Source: Octopus sinensis (lineage: Eukaryota). Taken from it: 45,808 nt of DNA. Below are positions 1 through 9,423 of this stretch, piece by piece. The first letter of the stretch is position 1; the number at the start of each line of letters is the position of its first letter. The DNA is taken from NCBI RefSeq assembly GCF_006345805.1, contig NW_021828078.1, positions 1 to 45,808 of the forward strand, given 5' to 3'. The position numbers and the translations under genes were made by a program. Below the pieces are notes generated by a model. It was not told where the DNA came from. It saw only the letters and a list, made by a program, of their open reading frames with translations, and made no database searches.

Positions 1-48
1 CAGCATCAGCACCACCAGCGCCAGCAACTCCACAGCCACCAACTCCAT
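1..48 (-). CDS. Possible first coding exon (signal-peptide-like start MELVAVELLALVVLML) of a gene running off the left edge
   Basis: Minus-strand ATG at 48..46 in context gggATGg, followed by 15 mostly hydrophobic codons to the window edge. Upstream lie GC-rich (CTG)n-containing sequence (49-405) and a CT/GA tract that could be 5' UTR or promoter. Alternative reading: + strand frame 2 is open from 2 to a TAA at about 197-199 (SISTTSASNS...KKGKMVGI*), which would be a terminal exon. The window cannot decide between these. Confidence 0.25.
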   Translation of the reverse strand, partial: MELVAVELLALVVLML

Positions 49-409
49 CCCTGACGACGATGGCAGCACTCCCCTCAAAAATCTTCCATCTCTGCTCTCA
101 CTAACACTGGCAGCAGCAGCAGTAGCAGCAGCAGCAGGCACAACCAACAACAACAACAACAACAACTACAACAAGAAGGGGAAAATGGTTGGAATATAAG
201 GGGTGGGTGCGTCTAGTCGCCTCAAGCTCGTTCCTTTTCTTTCTGCAGGATCAGGCCTCTCAAAATCCCCCACCCCCTGAAAGGCATCGGCAGACGGCGG
301 GGGTTTTCTGCTAGGAGGGGTAGGGATAGGCAGCAGCAGCAGCAGCAGCACAGCAGCAGCAGTAGCAGGAAAACCAGCAGCGGCAGCAGCAGCAGAAGCA
401 GGAATAGAC

Positions 410-411
410 AG

Positions 412-455
<44 letters not shown>

Positions 456-690
456 ATACAAAGAGAAATATGTAAGAGATATGTGTGCCTGTGTTGTATG
501 AGAAAGAGAGAGGGAGAGAGAGAGAGAATGGGAGAGATAGAGATAGAGAGAATGGGAGAGAAAGAGAGAGAATGGGAGAGAGAGAGAGAGAGAGAATGGG
601 AGAGATGGAGGTGAGTGAGAGGGAGAGAGCGAGCGAGAAGGAGAACAAAGATAGTAAGACATGAGAGAAAGAGAGAAAAGAGGGGAAAAA
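410..690. repeat. (GA)n purine-rich microsatellite
   Basis: Long imperfect AG dinucleotide tract. Confidence 0.9.
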
Positions 691-769
691 AATATATATT
701 CTGTGGACAGCAGAATATGGACAGATTAGTGGCGGTAAAAATATTTCAGAAATGATTCAGCATCAGTGA

Positions 770-1120
770 AGGGGTGGGGTGGGGGGGGGGGAAGGAGTGG
801 CAGCGGCGGCGGCGGCGGTGGTGGTGGTGGAGGTGGTGGTGGCGGCGGTTGCGGCTGCGGTGGTGGTGGTGTTGGAGAAGTCTCTGGGTTGGATAGGAAA
901 GGGTGATGGCAATGATGGAGGTGGTAGTGCTGGTGGTGGAAGTGGTGGTTGGTGGTGGGTAAAACTGGAGCCTGTCCCTCAATGTTATGCGAAGGGACAG
1001 GGACACTGTGTGTGCGTGTGTCTATGTGTGTGTATGTGTGTGTATGGGTGTGTGTGCGTGTATGGGTGTGTGTGCGTGTATGTGGAAGGGAGAGGCTTTC
1101 GATATGGCGGTGTGGTGTAG
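770..1120. repeat. G-rich (GGT/GGC)n tract with G-runs, then (GT)n; potential G-quadruplex near 770-795
   Basis: ggggtggggtgggggggggg followed by GGT/GGC triplets and TG repeats. Confidence 0.75.
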
Positions 1121-1465
1121 CGTAATGTGTTGGGGTTGTGATTCTTGTTGTTTTTATTCTTCTTCCTTTGCCGTTATTCTTTTACAACCCTACGTCTAGG
1201 TCAGCCTTGATTGAGCGGAATTCTAATCGAACAGAGTCAGGCGATGACCATCCCGGCTCTATGTTATACATTGCGTAATATACATTTTGTTTCTATTTAT
1301 TCATTTACTTTTCTTTTATACTAAAAGGCAAGATGAGAATTTGTGGAAGATTTAGCTGCTATGTTTAGCAAGGTGAGGGACTGCATAGAGACTTACTCCC
1401 ATGGTTTGGTACCAATGGATGTGCTAGAGAAATTCAGTTATGTGTATGTATGTGTGTTCTTGTAT

Positions 1466-1525
1466 AGGCGGTGCTCCAGCATGGCCACAGTCAAATGACT
1501 TAAGCAAGTAAAGGAGTAAAGGAGT
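1466..1525 (+). mobile_element. SINE family A, 3' fragment
   Basis: aggcggtgctccagcatggccacagtcaaatgact matches the 3' end of the full copies at 22099 and 27174. Confidence 0.8.
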
Positions 1526-1889
1526 ATATGCACACACAAACGCACACACACACACACACACGCACACACACACATAGACACACGAACACACACAAATGCC
1601 TAATTTGGGCGTTGGATCTGTGCATGCATGTATGAATGTATGCATATATGAGTTTGTGTGTGTGTGTGTGTATACGTGCATGAGTGTGTGTACTGGAATG
1701 CTTACATACATGCATATGAATATAGACAGATTTATTATGTGCGTATGCGTACGCGCGTATGCCCCTGTGCACTGTGCCACTGTGGTAGTGGATATATATA
1801 TATATTATATATATTATATATATATATATATATACATATAAATATTGAACAATGAGAATGAGCTTTCAACCCGCATTGGTGGTTTATAA

Positions 1890-2020
1890 TTTCTTTACTT
1901 GTGTATTAAGGCTACCGCTGTTTTCATGTTACGAGAATATCTAAATATCTTAAGAAAAGTGTTAAGGTTTAATATTTTCTTAGCATGAAACCAATGGTAG
2001 CCTTAATACACAGCTAAGAA
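1890..2020. repeat. Inverted repeat (~60 bp arms), each arm carrying the 3' half of a hammerhead-like core; second copy at 3149-3282
   Basis: tgtgtattaaggctaccgctg(g)tttcatgtta ... ttagcatgaaaccaatggtagccttaatacaca. The right arm reads catGAAA-ccaatg-GTA-gcc. Confidence 0.8.
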
Positions 2021-2241
2021 TATATATATATATTATATATGTATATATAATATATGTATATATTTAGTTGAATTTACAGAAAAAACAAAAAAAAACCAAG
2101 ACAGGTGTATAAACAGCAAACGGAAAGTGAGAAAGTCTTTTACGTTTCGAGCCTACCTCTGCAAATGAAAGGAACACGGGGAAATAAACAGATAGAGAAT
2201 AAAAGACTATTGGAGTTAGCGGTGAATCATACATACTATAC

Positions 2242-2288
<47 letters not shown>

Positions 2289-2504
2289 TATATATATATA
2301 TATATTATATTATATACACACAGACATATATATATTCATATGTGGGCATATATATATTATATGTGTAGATTGCTTGGAGACATAAGGCGTGTTATAAAAA
2401 CTTGGCTAGACCCGTATCTTCAAGCATGAAACTAATAGCAGTTAGTATCATTATATTTTGTACATTGTTGATGTCCCCTTGAGAGAAAATAAACTATTCG
2501 AATA

Positions 2505-2539
<35 letters not shown>

Positions 2540-2715
2540 ATAGATATATATATATATATTATATTTCGATGGGTGATGAATTATCCTATTTTACCGTCAA
2601 CATGGAAAATTGGATGAACAAATACCAGGTAGCAATTCACGTCAGAAAACACAGTTGAAGCGACACATCCAAGGTAGAAACTCCGGTTCATGTGCAGAAT
2701 TTGTGTATTATATAT

Positions 2716-3052
2716 GAAAAAATAAATAAATGGAGTTGAACGAAGGTGTTGATAAAATTCCTTTACTTACGGCATATGTTTCGAAGACAACATGGTTTTA
2801 TTCCAAATGAATAAACGGTGTAAGATGCAATCTTCTCATCAGGAAAGAAAGGGAGCCTCTCTCACCACAGACAATATAATAATACAATGACTGCATTGTC
2901 TTGTTGATGAGAGAGGCTCCCTTTCTTTCCTGATGAGAAGATTGCATCTTACACCGTTTATTCCTTTGGAATAAAACATGTTGTCTTCGAACATATGTCA
3001 AAAGTAAAGAATTTATCAACATCTTCGTTCAACTCCATTTATTTATTTATTC
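2716..3052. mobile_element. ~340 bp foldback element with two back-to-back hammerhead motifs, inserted in (TA)n; second copy at 3987-4330
   Basis: Arms of about 155-160 bp are near-perfect reverse complements around a short AT-rich centre (~2875-2895). The arms contain CTGATGA-gaaga...tcttc-GAAA-catat-G(T/C)C, and both flanks are TA repeats. Confidence 0.8.
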
Positions 3053-3401
3053 ATATATATATATATGTGTGTGTGTGGTGTGTATATATATACATATAAA
3101 TATTGAACAATGAGAATGAGCTTTCAACACCGCATTGGTGGTTATAATTTCTTTACTTGTGTATTAAGGCTACCGCTGGTTTCATGTTAAGAGAATATCT
3201 AAATATCTTAAGAAAAGTGTTAAGGTATTAAGATATTTTCTTAGCATGAAACCAATGGTAGCCTTAATACACAGCTAAAGAATATATATATATATTTATA
3301 TATGTATATATATATATATGTATATATTTAGTTGAAATTTACAGAAAAACAAAAAAAAAACCAAGACAGGTGTATAAACAGCAAACAGGAAAGGTGAGAA
3401 A

Positions 3402-3440
3402 GTCTTTTACGTTTCGAGCCTACGCTCTGCAAATGAAAGG
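3402..3440 (-). ncRNA. Degenerate minimal hammerhead ribozyme of Penelope-like type; other copy at 2135-2172
   Basis: Minus strand reads cctttc-atttgca-GAGC-gtag-GCTC-GAAAC-GTA-aaag. Helix II (GAGC/GCTC), GAAA, the palindromic ACGT helix III and helix I (cttt/aaag) are present, but the CUGANGA box has decayed. Confidence 0.55.
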
Positions 3441-3546
3441 AACACGGGGAAATAAACAGATAGAGAATAAAAGACTATTGGAGTTAGCGGTGAATCATAC
3501 ATACATACATACATACACACATACATATATATACTATATATATATA

Positions 3547-3586
<40 letters not shown>

Positions 3587-4193
3587 ACACAGACATATAA
3601 TATATCATATGTGCATATATATATTATATGTGTAGATTGCTTGGAGACATAGGCGTGTTATAAAAACTTGGCTAGACCCGTATCTTCAAAGCATGAAACT
3701 AATAGCAGTTAGTATCATTATATTTTGTACATTGTTGATGTCCCCTTGAGAGAAAATAAACTATTCGAATAAATAATATATATATATATATATATATATA
3801 CTATATATATATATATATATAATATATATTTTCGAGGGTGAATGAATTATCCTATGTTTACCGTCAACATGGAAAATTGGATGAACAAATACCAGGGTAG
3901 CAAATTCACGTCAGAAACACAGTTGAAGCGACACATCCAAAGGTAGAAACTCCGGGTTCATGTGCAGAAATTTGTGTATTATATATGAAAAAATATATAA
4001 ATGGAGTTGAACGAAGGTGTTGATAAAATTCCTTTACTTACGGAATATGTTTCGAAGACAACATGGTTTTATTCCAAATGAATAAACGGTGTAAGATGCA
4101 ATCTTTCTGGAAGGAAAGAAAGGAGCCTCTCTCACCAACAAGACAATATAATAATTACAATGACTGCTTGTCTTGTTGATGATGAGAGAGGCT

Positions 4194-4287
4194 CCCTTTC
4201 TTTCCTGATGAGAGATTGCATCTTACACCGTTTATTCCTTTGGAATAAAACCATGTTGTCTTCGAAACATATGTCAAAAGTAAAGGA
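4194..4287 (+). ncRNA. Hammerhead ribozyme motif (type I topology, palindromic helix III ACATATGT, GUC site); duplicate at 2919-3009
   Basis: CTGATGA at 4205-4211, GAAA at 4264-4267, ACATATGT at 4267-4274, GTC triplet at 4273-4275. Helix II ga(a)ga/tcttc encloses an inner hairpin tttattcc/ggaataaa. Helix I cctttctttc pairs with aaaagtaaagg, with a mismatch at the first pair. Confidence 0.65.
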
Positions 4288-4330
4288 ATTTTATCAACAT
4301 CTTCGTTCAACTCCATTTATTTATTTATTC

Positions 4331-4362
<32 letters not shown>

Positions 4363-4544
4363 ATATATATACATATGCATGTATGCTTGTATGTATGTAT
4401 ATGAAGTCGTCATTTCAGTTATACAGCGAACGTTTGCATGAGAATGATCATCTGTTGCTTGTTAAAACATTACATAACAGAACAAAGTAACAAAACCATT
4501 TCGTCAGACATGATTTGAATCTTCAATATATATATTATATTATA

Positions 4545-4582
<38 letters not shown>

Positions 4583-4699
4583 AACGCATATAAAGTGAAA
4601 AAAGGACAAAGATATAAAGAGAAAGACTGAGAGACACATACCGATAGGAAGAAGACAGAACAGGAGAAAGAGAAACTCGTGGAGCACTCTTTTAAGAAT

Positions 4700-4730
4700 C
4701 AGCTGTTGCTAGGCAATACGGATTACGTCA
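4700..4730. promoter_or_regulatory. Candidate motif cluster: E-box, RFX X-box-like site, CRE/PAR-like site
   Basis: CAGCTG at 4700-4705, GTTGCTAGGCAAT at 4705-4717 and TTACGTCA at 4723-4730, in non-repetitive sequence. Motif match only. Confidence 0.3.
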
Positions 4731-5580
4731 CTGGCACTTAAAAAGCATTCCAGCTATTTCAAAGTATATTTGAAAATCGGGAGACGAATGTGAATCTACT
4801 CTATTAACAGTACATTACTATGCTTATGGCACCAGCGTTTAGCAAAAGTACGAAGTACTGAAGCCTTACTCCAGCTCCGAACTTATTTCGACCTGTCGAC
4901 ATACGTTCAAATATCTTTGCGTGAACTACAAAATAGATCCTTATCATGTATGACTAGCAAAGCAAACATAATTAAATTTGTTATTGCTCATTTAATTTCA
5001 TTCTGTTGGGATTGCAGTCAACTAATGGACAAATTGAAAAAAAAAACTTATGTTTAGAATAAATAAATAAATAAATATATGCAAGCACAGGCATTTCTGT
5101 TTCTATATTTTCTATATTTTTTTGTTATACGTATTGTTTATAAACATATATACATACATGTCTACATCCACACGCGCGCGTGCATATATTATGCGCTGGT
5201 CGGCTTTGAACAAATGCGTTCTTTGTGAGATATATGTGCGTTTCGAACGCCTTAGGAAAGCAGAAATATTTGTATTATGAGAATCGAAACTGATTCGTGA
5301 ATTTTGCTTGTAGAAAGCTTATCTCTTGTCTCCATTTTACAAGCACATAAAAAATAAAAGAAACTCAAACGCACATATATTTGTAAGATAGAGTCTGAGA
5401 GAACCTTCTCCCGTGCCACTGTGCAATGAAGGTTGTTACACCGGTTCCCAGTTTGGACATTAATTAAACAACCTTTAGCAATGCTTAATGCTTCTTACAC
5501 TTGTAATTTAGACTACAACACGGAAACAACTAATGTAGGGATGTACACATGCAAACGAAACCTATATGACAGTTTCCTTG

Positions 5581-5630
<50 letters not shown>

Positions 5631-5816
5631 ATATAGGAAAATGGAGAATTTAGTTTTTGGTCATCAACGTACGGATATATAATGTTAGATTATTTATTCA
5701 TTTTACAAATGAGGACATCAAAAGCATATAAAAATATTATATAAATCAATAGATAAGATAATAATAATAAAATACAGATTTTAGAAGTCATATTATAAAT
5801 TAATGAGATCCTAAAA

Positions 5817-5964
5817 ATTACTTCTTACAGCTGTTTCAGCCTATGGTCAAAAGTGAATCTAATTTTCATTGCCTATACATGTCAACATACTAAGGTTGTA
5901 GGCATTAAAAAAAATATAATACTTATATGTTAAAGAACCATAGGCCTCGTCAGAGGTTATAATT
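5817..5964 (-). ncRNA. Motif-complete hammerhead ribozyme with an 11-bp helix II and ~87-nt loop II
   Basis: Minus strand: CTGACGA (5953..5947); helix II GGCCTATGGTT (5946..5936) pairing with GACCATAGGCT (5848..5838); GAAA (5837..5834); palindrome ACAGCTGT (5834..5827); GUA triplet (5828..5826); helix I CT/AG plus AATTAT/GTAATT across an internal loop. Confidence 0.72.
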
Positions 5965-6268
5965 AACATAAAAAATATTAATAATAATATTAATATATTA
6001 AGCAAGATGCACGTATTACTTAATATATAAAAATAAACAATAAACAAATATCCAAATATACATATATATATATACATATAAAAATACATATATACATACA
6101 TATACATACATACATAAGCAAATCGTATATACTATTCACATGCGCAAAATACATTAATGAACACCATTAAACAATATATTACATTATTGCCTACAACCTT
6201 AGTATGTTGACATCTATAGGCAATGAAAATTGGATTCATTTTTGACCATAGGCTGAAACAGCTGCAAG
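5824..6268. repeat. Inverted repeat, ~80 bp arms (5824-5903 and 6188-6268) with ~285 bp spacer
   Basis: cttacagctgtttcagcctatggtcaaaagtgaatc...aaggttgtaggca is the reverse complement of tgcctacaacctt...gattcatttttgaccataggctgaaacagctgcaag, with few mismatches. Confidence 0.9.
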
Positions 6269-6349
6269 TTTTTGGTAGGTTTTGACAGACGCATTTATGT
6301 CGATTGGGACAGTCTTATTAATGAGGAAGCATTATTATTATTATTATTA

Positions 6350-6405
<56 letters not shown>

Positions 6406-6940
6406 GAGTGAGAGAGCAGTTCATGCCATCAAAGTGACACTGGGGTAAAATATACGAAGCCTACCCGTCTGATAAGGGTACACCAGGCACATGCATCACA
6501 ACCATATGTGCGCGACATGGTGATCTCATATCAAGATAAACAGCACATCACCTTGCAGGTGGGGCCCAGTTGGAATTTTCTTCTGGTCGAGTAACCCATC
6601 CCACTCAAAGGTCCCTGAATAAGGGTTGTTTAAGGATGTTGAAAGAACCACCCATGTTTCCAGAGGTGAATTATTCAAACCGCAAAGAATCCCTCTCAAC
6701 ACATGGCTATGATGCGCCCCCACTACTTCTGCTCGTGATCAGAGATGCACATATCGTCAGTCACTAAGGGACATGCTCAACTGGTTAAGGTCAAACAACT
6801 GACAAGTAAATCTGTGGTTTTGAGTAGAATATTTGCTGTAGCCCATCTTTTATACCAAGACAAAACAATGTACATGATAACACTTCCAATCAGTTATGAT
6901 CAGAAGCCATGAGAGCCACTGCCTGGTACTGCATCAGGGC

Positions 6941-6941
<1 letters not shown>
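6406..6941. mobile_element. Unclassified ~535 bp insertion inside an (ATT)n microsatellite
   Basis: A sharply more GC-rich block is flanked on both sides by (ATT)n (6331-6405 and 6944-6972). No recognisable ORF; only one copy in the window. Confidence 0.5.
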
Positions 6942-6973
<32 letters not shown>

Positions 6974-7190
6974 GTTTTTCTTTCACTAACAGGCGACTTT
7001 CTGTTCATCTATATATTTTACATACATCATTCAGTACAGCGCCATCTACCCGATATATCTGTTCTTGTGCCATTAAGCTAAATTGAGTTATTTCTCTTTG
7101 CTCACCTTTTGTGCTTGTGTATGTGCGTAAGGCAAGTGTGTGTGTGTACAAACACATACACTCACATACGAACTCGTACCTATATATATA

Positions 7191-7224
<34 letters not shown>

Positions 7225-7433
7225 TCACGTATATTTCGACACATTCGCACACTGAGTTGCACATGCACATTTATAGATATAGCTACACATAAACAGGCCA
7301 GGCAGGTAAACGTGTGGATTTAACAAACCATGAATATATTTATAAGGATTCTATGACATGTGGGCAGTACATCGTCTAAGCTATTTCAGAGCAATGGTTA
7401 GGGGCTTCAGAAGAGAGAAACAGATATATATAT

Positions 7434-7475
<42 letters not shown>

Positions 7476-7476
7476 T

Positions 7477-7553
<77 letters not shown>
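7476..7553. repeat. (GATA)n microsatellite preceded by (TA)n and (CA)n
   Basis: Directly visible. Similar (TATC)n/(GATA)n tracts at 8915-9018, 30644-30706 and 31928-31990. Confidence 0.95.
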
Positions 7554-8079
7554 TGTGTACGAGAGGGAATGGGTTTAGGGAAGGAGTCTGATTCAGCACT
7601 TTTCAGACATTTTCATTCACCGTATAGGAAGCCGGTTTTGACAGGGAGGTACTCGGGTACAATGGTTTATTTTCCAAGTCATATCACAACTATGAAGTGT
7701 GCAATGGGATAGTCTAAATTTGCTAGCTTGTCAAATTTATGGTCAACTTAAGGGCAAACAGCCAGACACCCGTCCGCCCAACACACCAGCCAGCTATTTG
7801 CACAAACATACATTCATATATACATACATGCATACATATATACATTAATAAATACGTTCGTACGTAGACATCTACATACGTATGTACGTACATTCCGTAA
7901 AAATTTAAACAGCCTTGTCATGACTCCATAGTTGTTGTTTCGTGCAAGTGTCTGTCTGTCTCCCCCCTCTCTCTCTCTTGTGTAGTGTAGTGTGTGAACG
8001 TGTTGGAACAATGGATCTCGAAGCACATAATACTGTAAACAATCACGAGTAAAATATTGGATTAAACAGAAAAAAATGT

Positions 8080-8232
8080 CTACTCTTCTCTTCTGATAGC
8101 CATCTACTCATGATACCAGAGGGCGCACACTCTCCTACTCTGATGTAATCTCCAGGGATACAGGCATCCAGCAACAGGACCTCCGTAATGCTATGATGAA
8201 CCGTGAAGTCTGGCGTAACAATGATGATGATG
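8080..8232 (+). mobile_element. RTE-clade LINE 3' fragment with (ATG)n tail
   Basis: Near-identical to the reverse complement of 28460-28595 (gataccagagggcgcacactctc...gatgtaatctccagggatacagg...cgtgaagtctggc); ends in atgatgatgatga. Confidence 0.85.
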
Positions 8233-8914
8233 AATTTCGTAGTCTTACAGAATTGTTTTGCGTTCTCTCAAAAGTTTATAAAATTTTATGATATCATCAA
8301 CGTAAAATTCTCGATGGTAAGAATAAGTTTCTAAAATAGGTTGAGAAATTCAAAGAATTGCTTTGCTCTAATGGTGGAACGCCTGTCATATCTACAAAAA
8401 ATACGGGTTCAAATCCAACGGGCAGTCATCGATTTTTTTTCAATCTAAAAGTGTTTTTTAACCAAAAATTTACATATCTTTTTTTTTACTTCGATATCCA
8501 CTGTCTCCCACATCCACGCCCCCATCCAAAAAGATGGAATTGCTGCAAGGCTAAATGAAAACGATAGGCACATAACTGGCCAAAACCAATCGCACAAGTT
8601 CAGAATTGCTCACTAGATTGTGATTATTTAATAAAGTTGTTAATATACAGCGCTAATGTAGAAAGATATAGCAGACATTAACGTATAGTAAATATTGGGG
8701 CAACTGAATTATAAGTTAAATATCGATTTTATAATCATAAGCATTCATTTTTCAGCTTTGATTAAAAAGTGCTTCATTGCCCTGTCAAAACTTATGCGCA
8801 ACAAGACTAAATCGTCGCCTGGGAGGTCATAGACAGAAAGTCAGAAATGCCATTGACAACAAGACAAGGAAGCACATGGAGATGACAATGATCTATGCTG
8901 TTGGAGCAATTAGC

Positions 8915-9018
<104 letters not shown>

Positions 9019-9093
9019 GTCTTTCTTTCTTTCTTTCTCTCTCTCTATCTCTCTATCTCTCTCGCTGTGTGTGTGTACTATAATAAATAGTAA

Positions 9094-9149
<56 letters not shown>

Positions 9150-9151
<2 letters not shown>

Positions 9152-9420
9152 TGTACAAGACATCACCATGGTGCAAATAACATGAATACGTAAACTACGA
9201 GAAAAAAGGAAACACACAGAAAGGACCCTTCATCAGTTGTCAGCTATCTATCTAGTCCTCCTTTCGAGCATTCAACGACAATATGAGTCTTCAAAGACAG
9301 TTGCTCATATAAATTCAAAAATAAAATTGAGTATTTATGGAAGGCATACAAGGAAACCGAATGAAAACAAATATGGACGGTTGTTAGGCCAGAACAAGAA
9401 GAAAATAGTGATAGATAGAA
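9150..9420 (-). mobile_element. Possible Penelope-like terminal-repeat remnant next to (TA)n
   Basis: Minus strand has gagca...tgctcGAAA and, downstream, aaCTGATGAaggg. These are hammerhead half-motifs, not a complete fold. Confidence 0.35.
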
Positions 9421-9423
9421 ATA

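Larger units (their letters stand above)
1795..4372. repeat. ~1.26 kb tandem duplication (two copies, about 1795-3090 and 3090-4372)
   Basis: aatattgaacaatgagaatgagctttc occurs at 1841 and 3099 (offset 1258). All internal modules recur in the same order, and most differences are single-base indels. Confidence 0.95.
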
